This document shows, in pieces, positions 53,482 to 62,317 of a stretch of DNA of 64,000 bases (the first letter of the stretch is position 1; every line of letters starts with the position of its first letter). The notes beneath the pieces were generated by a model, which made no database searches, was not told where the DNA came from, and saw nothing but the letters and a program-made list of their open reading frames with translations. The stretch is from NCBI GenBank assembly GCA_965222225.1, contig CBDCTK010000002.1, positions 3,040,001 to 3,104,000 on the forward strand, written 5' to 3'. The DNA is from Candidatus Poribacteria bacterium (lineage in GTDB: Bacteria; Poribacteria; WGA-4E; JAJDTR01). A program made the translations under genes and the position numbers.

Positions 53482-54336
53482 ATGGGAACAAGATTGGAAG
53501 GCAAAGTAGCTATCATTACCGGTGCAACGCTGGGACTCGGGAAAGCGGCGGCATTGCTGTTCGCCAGAGAGGGCGCTTCGGTTGCCGTCTGCGACCGGGG
53601 TCGAACACCGGAAAACGCCCAAAAGCTGCTTGATGCGGCGGTAGGGCTCCCCGGCGAAATCGCCTACAAGAAGTGCGATGTCATGGATAAGGATGACATC
53701 GCCGCGCTTGTGGAATTCACTCAGGCGCGGTACGGGAGGATTGACGTGATGGTGAACAACGCCATTATCGACAATCCCGGCGGGAGGCTGGAGGATGTCA
53801 CGGTTGAAGATTGGGAAGACGGGTTGTTCTGTCATTTGAGGGCACCGCTAGTTTTCTGTAAGGCGGTGGTGCCGCTGATGATTGAGCAGGGCGGCGGGAG
53901 CATTATCAATGTCTCATCGGGCAATGCGCTGTTCGGAAGTCCCAGTATCTCATCGTACGGTCCAGCCAAGGCGGGCATGATTAACTTCACGAAGAGTTTA
54001 GCGGTTACCTACGGACCTTACGGGATTCGCGCCAACGCGCTGACGCCCGCGCGAATGCTGACTGAGAAAAAACTCGAAATGCTTGAAGGCAATCCGGCAG
54101 AGGTCAGAAGACAGAAATTTCTCTATCCGCGGGGCAATCCGGCGCAGCCGGAGGAGGTGGCGGAGGTCATGCTGTTCTTGGCTTCGGATGAGTCGTCCGC
54201 CGTCACCGGGCACAGCTTGGTTGCGGATTGCGGGGCGTCGGCGTTCAATCCGCTGAGTATTCCGGGGCGACTGGAACGGAATATCCGAGAGGAGTTGGAA
54301 GCGCAAGGCTCGGAATGGCTGCATGGCGAGAAGTAA
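53482..54336 (+). CDS. Short-chain dehydrogenase/reductase
   Basis: TGATLGLG, VNNA, YGPAK, GIRANAL. Confidence 0.92.
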   Translation: MGTRLEGKVAIITGATLGLGKAAALLFAREGASVAVCDRGRTPENAQKLLDAAVGLPGEIAYKKCDVMDKDDIAALVEFTQARYGRIDVMVNNAIIDNPGGRLEDVTVEDWEDGLFCHLRAPLVFCKAVVPLMIEQGGGSIINVSSGNALFGSPSISSYGPAKAGMINFTKSLAVTYGPYGIRANALTPARMLTEKKLEMLEGNPAEVRRQKFLYPRGNPAQPEEVAEVMLFLASDESSAVTGHSLVADCGASAFNPLSIPGRLERNIREELEAQGSEWLHGEK

Positions 54337-54441
54337 ATATCAATCGAGCGAGTGAATAACGACCGATCAAAGGAAGGATCAAGGAAGCGAATAGCGAGCG
54401 CGATAGTGATCCACTTGCCACTGTGTCTAGGGAGGATTTCT

Positions 54442-55077
54442 GTGGAATATATTCCTATATTTCAACTATTTCAACCTTATGAGTTTGGCGAGAGGGAGAA
54501 AGCTTCGCTGGACAGAGACGGACCCTTTCTCCTGCCCGGCATTCTGACGCCGGGGGCTTGCGAGCGGTTGACGGCGTCGCTGTCGCACATTGAAGACCTG
54601 ATGCCCTCCGCCGTCAAAGGGCAAGAGCCTAGCAGCTTTGCCGCGGAGTACGACTCCTATCTGGAGAGCCTCATCCTGCATCCACAGATGTGTGATTTAG
54701 TACGCGGAATTCTGGGTGAAGAGATTCGATTTGACCACTGCGTGACGCTCAACCGCCCGGGCGGAAACGGGGGTTTGCATTGGCACAGCCACGAATACGC
54801 GGATGATGATCCGAGCTTAGGTTTTTTGCGCATCTTCTTCTACGTCAACGGGTTTGAGGCTGGCGACGGCGGCTTGAAAGCCGTGCCGGGCAGCGTCGTC
54901 TTGATGTGGACGCACGCCGCGCACGCGGTCAGTCCGAGACGCGCGAGCAGCGATATGCGATGGACGGTGGTGTACGCCTACCGAAATCCGGGCAGCCCCA
55001 CTCTGGCGCGTTGGCTTACGCCGGAATTTGAACAAAAGCAGATTCACGGCGCCAAGCGTCTCATGAACCTATATTGA
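54442..55077 (+). pseudogene. PhyH-like dioxygenase copy with a 44-codon in-frame deletion
   Basis: AVPGS|VVLMW here versus AVPGSHHYRD…APARTVVLMW in the neighbouring paralog. Confidence 0.75.
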
Positions 55078-55258
55078 GTCATGTAGGTTGAGTTGAACAG
55101 AAACCGCATAGTTCATCGGTAGAATCGATACTGCCTCTTTCTAAGTGAATGAGAAAGCGAGATAGCAACGGTGAAACCCAACTCTCAAGCCGGTCGCGTG
55201 TAACGCTTTGCTGACCACTAATCACTAGCCACTGGTCACTGATTTTCAGAGGATTCCC

Positions 55259-56017
55259 GTGGAACATATCCCCATATTTCTACCTTACGAGTTTGGCGAG
55301 AAAGAGAAAGCCCTATTGGACAAAGACGGGCACTTTCTCCTGCCCGGCATCCTGACGCCGCAGGCTTGTGAGCGACTGAAGGCGTCGTTGTCGCACATTC
55401 AAGACTTGACCCCGTCCGCTGTCGAAGGTCACAAGCCCAACCATTTTGCGGCGGAATACGACTCCTATCTGGAGGGCCTCCTCTCGCATCCGCAGATGCT
55501 CGACTTGGCGCGGAGAATTCTCGGTGAGGAGATCCGATTTGACCACTGTGTGACGCTCAACCGCCCGGGCGGCAACCGAGGCTCGCATTGGCACAGTCAT
55601 GAATACGCGGATGACAACCCTAGCTTGGGTTTTGTTCGCATCTTCTTCTACGTCAACGGTTTTGAGGTTGATGATGGCGGCTTGGAAGCGGTGCCGGGCA
55701 GCCACCACTACCGGGACGCAAAAATCAAGGCAGAAACGGACGAGGCGCTAAAGACGGGATGGATGGCGGGAAAGACGCACCCCTTGACGGGGGAACCGTT
55801 GGAGATACAGGATTTGACCGCTCCGGCGAGAACAGTCGTCTTGATGTGGACACACGCCGCGCACGCAGTCAGTCCGAGACGCGCATGCAGCGATACGCGA
55901 TGGACCGTGGTATACGGTTACCGAAATCCGGGCTGCCCATCGGCTCCGCGTTGGATTACCCCGGAATTTGAAGCGAAACGGATTCCCGGCGCCGAGGGGT
56001 TGATGGGCCTCTATTGA
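55259..56017 (+). CDS. PhyH-like dioxygenase with H-x-H metal motif
   Basis: DGHFLLPGIL, WHSHEY, VPGSH, HAAHAV, RWTVVY. Confidence 0.8.
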   Translation: MEHIPIFLPYEFGEKEKALLDKDGHFLLPGILTPQACERLKASLSHIQDLTPSAVEGHKPNHFAAEYDSYLEGLLSHPQMLDLARRILGEEIRFDHCVTLNRPGGNRGSHWHSHEYADDNPSLGFVRIFFYVNGFEVDDGGLEAVPGSHHYRDAKIKAETDEALKTGWMAGKTHPLTGEPLEIQDLTAPARTVVLMWTHAAHAVSPRRACSDTRWTVVYGYRNPGCPSAPRWITPEFEAKRIPGAEGLMGLY

Positions 56018-56341
56018 GCCATGTAGGTTGGGTTGAACAAGAAATATCATATAAAAGCAAATAGCGTGCTATTTCTCAAGTAAACTGGCGTGCGAGACAG
56101 TAATAGTGAAACCCAACACTGTAGGAGCGATCTCCGAATCGCGACCTTTTAGAAATCAGTGCTGTAGGGAGGAATCAGCGATTAAGCGAGTGAACAACGA
56201 GGAATAAAGCGACTGGTCAAGGAGCAGGATTTTCTATCGCCTTCCTTATCCAGTCAGTTAATCGCTCACTATCCGCTCGCTTGATCCCAACCTACGGGCT
56301 ATTCACCCCATAGCCCTAATACCAATCAGGAGTGATTTTCA

Positions 56342-57490
56342 ATGGCAGACCCAAAGATAACGAAAATCGAAGTTGTGGTTTACGAACACGAGATCCAGGA
56401 CATGGGAACCGATTACAACGGGTTCAACACGGTCTACGAGAAGGGAAGCATTCTCAAGATGCGGCCCTCAATTCTTCGGATTCATACGAACACCGGGATC
56501 ATCGGCGAATCGGACGGCGGGCGGTTGTCCGACAATGTCGTGCGCTATCTACTGGGCAAGAATCCGTTTCATCGCGAGAAAATCTACAACGATCTGAAAC
56601 GTGGGCTGCGCCACACGGACCGCACGGCTATCAGTTCGGTTGATGTCGCGTTGTGGGATTTTGCGGGAAAGGCGCTCGGCGCCCCGATTTACCAACTTCT
56701 CGGCGGTTACAAGAAAACCATCCCCGCCTACGCAAGCACCTATCACGGCGATGAGAACGGCGGGCTTAGCACGCCAGAAGCCTTCGCCGATTTCGCGGAA
56801 CAGTGCAGCGAGTTAGGGTACTGCGCCTTCAAGATTCACGGTTGGGGGAATGCGCCGATTGAGCGCGAGGTGGCAAATGTTCTCGAGGTCGGGAAGCGCG
56901 TGGGGGATCGGATGGACCTGATGCTCGATCCGGCGTGTGAATTGGAAACTTGGGCGGACGCGCTCAAGGTGGGGAAAGCGTGCGATGCGGCAAACTTTTT
57001 CTGGCTGGAGGATGCTTATCGAGACGGCGGCGTGTCGATATTCGGGCATCGGAAACTGCGCGAGTTAATCAACACGCCACTGCTGCAGACAGAGCACGTT
57101 TTCGGACTGGAGCAGCACGTCGACTTTATCGTGAACGGCGGTACGGATTTCGTGCGCACGGGCACCTACGAAGATGGCGGGATTACCGGCGCCATGAAGG
57201 TCGCACACGCGGCAGAAGGTTTTGGTTTGGATGTGGAGTTCCACGGCGGAGGCCTGGCGCATCGGCACTGCATCGCTGCCGTCCGAAACACCAACTATTA
57301 TGAACTGGGGCTGTTGCACCCGTTGATTCATCAGACGAAGCCGCCAATCCGCCCGCCCGAATTTACCGACGAATTCGAGAATATTGACGAAAACGGTCAT
57401 GTGCCGGTGCCGCAGGGGCCCGGAATCGGGGTGGAGATGGATTGGGATTATATTGAACATCACCGGGTTGATGGCGTTGTCTACGAATGA
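56342..57490 (+). CDS. Mandelate racemase/muconate lactonizing (enolase superfamily) enzyme
   Basis: DVALWDFAGK..PIYQLLGG, FKIH, LMLDP, WLED, PQGPGIG. Confidence 0.9.
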   Translation: MADPKITKIEVVVYEHEIQDMGTDYNGFNTVYEKGSILKMRPSILRIHTNTGIIGESDGGRLSDNVVRYLLGKNPFHREKIYNDLKRGLRHTDRTAISSVDVALWDFAGKALGAPIYQLLGGYKKTIPAYASTYHGDENGGLSTPEAFADFAEQCSELGYCAFKIHGWGNAPIEREVANVLEVGKRVGDRMDLMLDPACELETWADALKVGKACDAANFFWLEDAYRDGGVSIFGHRKLRELINTPLLQTEHVFGLEQHVDFIVNGGTDFVRTGTYEDGGITGAMKVAHAAEGFGLDVEFHGGGLAHRHCIAAVRNTNYYELGLLHPLIHQTKPPIRPPEFTDEFENIDENGHVPVPQGPGIGVEMDWDYIEHHRVDGVVYE

Positions 57491-57762
57491 TCGCGGATGT
57501 GTGGATTCGTAGTCAGGACCAGCAAGCAGAGGAGGGAAACTGGGGATTTGACTATCGCAACCATCCTCTGTAGGAGCGACCTCCCGGTCGCGATTATCCT
57601 TTTGTGGATACCTTGATGTCCAGTTTCGCGAGCAGGAGAAGTTCTCTATCGCACTCGCTATGCGCTCGCTCGATCTCCTACAGAAGACGTGCAGTAACGG
57701 AATTTCTATCGAATCTCTATGGGAGTTCTATCGCGTTCCCTATCCGGTCACTTGATCCCAGA

Positions 57763-57791
57763 TTTACATTTCCCGCGAGATTTGCTATAAT
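57763..57791 (+). promoter_or_regulatory. Sigma70-like promoter
   Basis: TTTACA-17 bp-TATAAT about 60 bp upstream of 57850. Confidence 0.65.
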
Positions 57792-57849
57792 CCGTTTGAA
57801 AGCAGTAAAGACTACTACGTATTTCAACGCAACCGGGAGGAGCACTCAT

Positions 57850-58908
57850 ATGAAGATATTAATTACAGGTGGGACGGGAAGGATTGGGGGGAATCTTGCC
57901 AAACGTTTGCTGGAAAAGGGGCACGACATCCGCAGTTTCGTCTACCCCGCCGATGCCAGCCGCGTGGATAAACTTGACGAGTATGACCGCGTCGAAACGG
58001 TTGTCGGGGATTTGCGCAACTTCGACGATGTGAAACGCGCCGTGAATGGGGTGGACGCCATCTATCATCTCGCCGCGGCATTTGTCGGACCTTTCGACAA
58101 TCTGCAATATCTAAACATCAACGGCATGGGAACGCTCAACATTTTGGAGTGTATTCGCACGGATTGTCCCAATCTGCACCGTTTCGTTTATGCCTGCACC
58201 GAGGCGATTTATTGGCGCCTGGGGGAAAAGGGGCGCTATTTCGAGGAACCGATTACCGAGGATATGGTCAGCCGCTACAAGCAGATGCCGTACTTCTTGA
58301 CCAAATGGGTTGGCGAGGAGTTGAGCATGAGCTATCACCTTCAGTATGGCGTTCCGACGACCGTCTTCCGTTTCGCTACCGTGATTGAGCCGGGCGAGTT
58401 TCTAAACAAAGATGGTTTGCCGGGGCTTTTCCTATTCAGTCCGGCTTATAATCGCGTCAAAGACGAATCGAGAGAGGATGCGGACGAGCGGGAGATTATT
58501 GAGACCCTCAAATCGCTTTGGACGGGCGAGGAAAAGTTCCTGCTAACCCGCAACCCGAACGGGACGCCGTACAAACAGGAATTTACGGATGTACGCGACA
58601 TTGTGCAGGGACTGGTTTTGGGGATTGAGAAAGATGAGGCGCTCGGCGAGGAGTTCACGCTTGGCGGGGCGGCGCTGTTTAAGTGGGAGGAGGCTGTGCC
58701 CTACCTCTCCGAGCGATATAACTTGGACTATGTCGATGCGAGAGTGCTGAGTTCCAACCATTTCGAGTTCGATCTCACCAAGATTAAGGCATTGCTGGGA
58801 TATCAGCCCCAACACGATTTGGAAAGCGTTCTTGATACCGCCGAAGCGATACGGCGCGGCGAAGAGGTAGGTATTATTCCGACGGGCATCCGATGGGGGA
58901 AGGCGTGA
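57850..58908 (+). CDS. NAD-dependent epimerase/dehydratase
   Basis: ILITGGTGRIG, YHLAA, YFLTK, DVRDIV; GGAGG RBS. Confidence 0.9.
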   Translation: MKILITGGTGRIGGNLAKRLLEKGHDIRSFVYPADASRVDKLDEYDRVETVVGDLRNFDDVKRAVNGVDAIYHLAAAFVGPFDNLQYLNINGMGTLNILECIRTDCPNLHRFVYACTEAIYWRLGEKGRYFEEPITEDMVSRYKQMPYFLTKWVGEELSMSYHLQYGVPTTVFRFATVIEPGEFLNKDGLPGLFLFSPAYNRVKDESREDADEREIIETLKSLWTGEEKFLLTRNPNGTPYKQEFTDVRDIVQGLVLGIEKDEALGEEFTLGGAALFKWEEAVPYLSERYNLDYVDARVLSSNHFEFDLTKIKALLGYQPQHDLESVLDTAEAIRRGEEVGIIPTGIRWGKA

Positions 58909-58914
58909 ATCGCA

Positions 58915-59161
58915 AGAGCTTGTTTGACAAATAGGTGGCAAAACAATTTTCGGACACCTGGGCCAGGGCTTTTATCATGTTTTTGTTGCCGCCCCCTATA
59001 CACCTGTCGCCCCGCTGGGGCTTGAGTGCGCAGGATTTTGCGGTTTCTATAAACCTTTCGCCCCTCCAGGGCTTTCAAAGACTGGTGCAGGGGTTTTATC
59101 TTAATCAAAGATTAGTTTCAGGGCAGTGGCTCTGCTCGAAATAAGTTTTCAAACAGGTTCT
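58915..59161. mobile_element. MITE-like element enclosing family-D REPs
   Basis: Ends AGAGCTTGTTTGA / TCAAACAGGTTCT; internal CACCTGTCGCCCCGCTGGGGCT and CCTTTCGCCCCTCCAGGGCT. Confidence 0.55.
59001..59022 (+). repeat. REP family D, CACCTGTCGCCCCGCTGGGGCT
   Basis: Copies or variants at about 38476, 40197 (interrupted), 40756, 44465, 44518, 50563, 59054; two flank tnpA. Confidence 0.75.
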
Positions 59162-59175
59162 AATGGAGTCCACGA

Positions 59176-60348
59176 ATGAGTATGAATGCAGAAAATTATC
59201 CGCGAGACATCAGAATAACGAAGATTGAACAGGTGACGTTGCAGGTGGATCGCCCCGAAATCGGGACTAACTCGCGGGCAGAAGAGATAATCTATCCCGA
59301 GCCGAGCTGGAAGTGGGATGAAGGCGTCATCCGTATCTACACTAGCGACGGCACGCTGGGATGGGGCGTCGGACGCGCCGATGCGGAACTCGCGCGACGC
59401 GCCTTGAATCGTAGTCCATTCGATCTACTCAACCCGGCAACGGGCGTCACGGACGAATTCAGAGGGCTTGAAAACGCCCTGTGGGACACTATTGGCAAGA
59501 TACTCGGGGTACCGGTGTATCAGCTCATCAGCGACCAAAGTTATGCGGATTGGCTGCCGGTTTACGATAGCACCATCTACTTCAACGATCTCCTGTACGA
59601 CTCGAAAGAGGCGGGGCTGAAACGGATAGCGGAAGATGCGGAAAGCAGCGTAAGGAACGGCTTTCGGGCGTGCAAGATGAAGATTGGGCGCGGTTGTTTC
59701 CTCATGGATCACGACGAAGGTTTGAAGCGGGACATCGAGGTTGTCAAAATCATGCGCAAGATTGCCGGCGAGGATTTCAATATCCACGTCGATGCGAATA
59801 ACGGCTACACGTATGACGAGACGGTCGCCTTCTTGGACGCGACAAGCGATGTCGGCGTTTTCTGGATAGAGGAGATGTTTGACGAGGAGGTTGAGGCATA
59901 CCGCAATCTGAAAGCGGCTATCAAGAAACGAAACCTGAAGACGTTTATCGCCGATGGCGAGACCCGAACGCGCGAGCCGCTGGAGTTCTACGACCCGTTC
60001 TTTCGGGAGGGCGTGCTGGATGTCATTCAGCACGACATTCGCGGGCTTGGCATCACCGGCTGGCGGCGGCTTGCCAAGATGGCGGGCGAACACGGCGTGA
60101 AGTGCGCGCCGCACAACTGGTCATCGTTGCTCGGGCTTTTTTTGAGCTTTCAGTTTGGCAAGGCGATCCCGAATTTCCTCTACGGGGAATGCGCGACCCT
60201 CACCAGCGATGTCATCGATACCTCGGGATATATCTTCAAGGACGGCGCTTTCAGCGTTCCCGACACCCCGGGACTCGGTTTGGAATTGAATCAGCGGGTT
60301 TATTATGAGCGGTACGCCGGGCGCGAGACGTGGGTGTTGGAGTGTTGA
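59176..60348 (+). CDS. Enolase-superfamily (MR/MLE) enzyme
   Basis: ENALWDTIGK, CKMKIG, VDANNG, WIEE, ADGE, PHNW, PGLGLE. Confidence 0.9.
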   Translation: MSMNAENYPRDIRITKIEQVTLQVDRPEIGTNSRAEEIIYPEPSWKWDEGVIRIYTSDGTLGWGVGRADAELARRALNRSPFDLLNPATGVTDEFRGLENALWDTIGKILGVPVYQLISDQSYADWLPVYDSTIYFNDLLYDSKEAGLKRIAEDAESSVRNGFRACKMKIGRGCFLMDHDEGLKRDIEVVKIMRKIAGEDFNIHVDANNGYTYDETVAFLDATSDVGVFWIEEMFDEEVEAYRNLKAAIKKRNLKTFIADGETRTREPLEFYDPFFREGVLDVIQHDIRGLGITGWRRLAKMAGEHGVKCAPHNWSSLLGLFLSFQFGKAIPNFLYGECATLTSDVIDTSGYIFKDGAFSVPDTPGLGLELNQRVYYERYAGRETWVLEC

Positions 60349-60665
60349 GGATTCGCAGAAGCGGGAATTGGTGATTTGATAATTGAAGATTGCATGCTAG
60401 CGCTCCCAAAGGCTGGTGAGATCTCTATCGCGGTCGTTATTCACTTCCTTAATCGCAGTGCGCACCCTACAGGAATTGTATCGCAGAGGGAGGGAATAAA
60501 CCGCCCTACCACAGTGCCTCTAGTAGGTTGGCTTGAACGATCTCGCTCGATCCTTGCCAGAGCGCCATCTTGGATCGTCCTAGCTAAAACAAACCTTTCA
60601 ACACCAAACAAGAGGTAGCGGTTAGACGGAGTGTTTTAGGGTACATATTGCACGGAGTCCTCGGT

Positions 60666-60950
60666 ATGGACATCGGGTCTGTATGGGACCAAGAGCAGTA
60701 TAAAGAGGTGCAGAAGAATCACCACCTCCAGTTTTATGAGGTGGTTTCTGCATTCGATGATCCGAACGGATACGAGGTGGCTGATCCTGCCGGGCATGAA
60801 GACCGATGGATGTGGATTGGGCGGTCGGCGCACGGTCGGGTATTGGCAGTCGTCTATGCCGAGGAAGATGTACGGCTCTATCGTCTAATTACAGCATTCG
60901 ACGCGGAGAGGAGATTTCGCGATGAATACGACAACCAAGGCGGAATTTGA
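60666..60950 (+). CDS. BrnT-family toxin
   Basis: WD….KNHHLQFYEVVSAFDDP…EDRWMWIG…LAVVY…RLITAF. Confidence 0.75.
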   Translation: MDIGSVWDQEQYKEVQKNHHLQFYEVVSAFDDPNGYEVADPAGHEDRWMWIGRSAHGRVLAVVYAEEDVRLYRLITAFDAERRFRDEYDNQGGI

Positions 60951-62166
60951 TTATCAAGCCTATCTCAATGAGCAGGCGCCGGATCTAAGCGAAATTCATC
61001 GCGGGCCTCAGGCACGCCAAAGGCGGCGGAGAGCCGCTGTCCACAATAATCGCGGTCTCGCGTACCATGAAAATGCCCATTATGACCGCGCCGTCAAAGC
61101 TTTTACCAAAGCCATCGGCCTAAGACCAGATTTTGCTTTAGCCTATCGCAATCGAGGTCTAGCCTACCGGAGCACGGGCGAGGTGGACCGTGCGATTGGA
61201 GACTTTGACACGGCGATAGAACTGAACCCGGATTGTCCCGAAGCCTATTACAATCGCGGAATGGCTTATTACGAAAGGCGCGACTTCGAGTCTACTATTA
61301 GAGACCAAAGTAGGGCGATAGCGCAGAAACGGGATTACCCCGACGCTTATACCAGCCGCGGGAACGCTTACCGCCATATCGGGGACATCGACCGCGCTCT
61401 TGCAGACTATAACACGGCGATAGAGCTTAGCCCAGATGATGCCGGCGCTTACAATAATCGCGGCGTAGCTTACGCGAAACAGTGCGAGTATGACAGCGCC
61501 GTCGAGGACTTCTCCACAGCGATAGCGTTGAAATCTGACGATTCCGACGCCTACAATAATCGCGGGAATGCCTACAGCGACAAAGGCGATTTTGACCGCG
61601 CCATCCAAGATTACACCAAAGCGATAAACCTCAATCCGAATGATGCCGTAGCCTATAGCAATCGCGGGGGCGCTTACCGCAACAAGGGCGAGGTGGACCG
61701 CGCTATAGAAGATTGTAATACGGCGATACAACTAACGCCAGACTATGCGGACGCCTATACGAATCGCGGCGCAGCTCACCGCAACAAAGGAGAGGTTGAT
61801 CGTGCCATTGAAGACTATAACACGGCGATAAACTTAAAACCCGATTTCGTCGAAGCCTATTACAACCGCGGCGTGGCTTACATCAACAAGGGGCATTACG
61901 ACCGCGCCATCGAAGACTTCACCAAAGCGATAGGTTTGAAGCCCGACCTTGCCGTAGCCTATCACAGCCGCGGCGAATCGTGGTTACGCCTGAAAGTGTG
62001 GGAGAAAGCCAGGTTAGACTTGACGGTTGCTGTGGCGATGGGCGTAAATATCATCAACGAGTTTCGTGACGACAAAGGGGGCTCCCTGGATTTGGACGGG
62101 AAAAACGGTGTTCAGTTACCGGAGGATATCGCTGAACTGCTGAGATGGCAAGGGTACGAGGGATGA
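60922..62166 (+). CDS. TPR protein (about 10 repeats) with a short antitoxin-like N-terminus
   Basis: Regular 34-aa AYxNRGxAY…AIxDYxxAIxLxPD repeats; overlaps the brnT stop. Confidence 0.85.
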   Translation: MNTTTKAEFDYQAYLNEQAPDLSEIHRGPQARQRRRRAAVHNNRGLAYHENAHYDRAVKAFTKAIGLRPDFALAYRNRGLAYRSTGEVDRAIGDFDTAIELNPDCPEAYYNRGMAYYERRDFESTIRDQSRAIAQKRDYPDAYTSRGNAYRHIGDIDRALADYNTAIELSPDDAGAYNNRGVAYAKQCEYDSAVEDFSTAIALKSDDSDAYNNRGNAYSDKGDFDRAIQDYTKAINLNPNDAVAYSNRGGAYRNKGEVDRAIEDCNTAIQLTPDYADAYTNRGAAHRNKGEVDRAIEDYNTAINLKPDFVEAYYNRGVAYINKGHYDRAIEDFTKAIGLKPDLAVAYHSRGESWLRLKVWEKARLDLTVAVAMGVNIINEFRDDKGGSLDLDGKNGVQLPEDIAELLRWQGYEG

Positions 62167-62317
62167 TGAATTGGTATTGCGGTCAAATTATTGTAGGGGC
62201 CGTATCAGCAGATGAGGTGTATTTCCAGTAATTCCAGGCGTTAAAATCTGACCAAAACTAGTCGGAGTTTATTCCGTAAACCTCCTTGATTTCTGTCAAA
62301 AGGATGGAGGTAAGTTC

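Larger units (their letters stand above)
8363..60454. repeat. Dispersed 30-nt covarying hairpin element CTATCGC-NN-TC-NN-TATYC-NN-TC-NN-TTGATC
   Basis: Forward starts: 8363, 8482, 9274, 9486, 15321, 15601, 15720, 15769, 17495, 18695, 23826, 23882, 25912, 30386, 32798, 32861, 33113, 40836, 40933, 49428, 50418, 50460, 50605, 56234, 57646, 57728, 60425. Reverse starts: 11904, 23582, 32957, 40209, 54377. Many partial copies besides. Confidence 0.92.

Noticed and set aside
55210-55245. Degenerate 7-bp tandem repeat (CTGACCA/CTAATCA/CTAGCCA/CTGGTCA)
   Set aside because: Real but short, with no associated gene or structure I can support.
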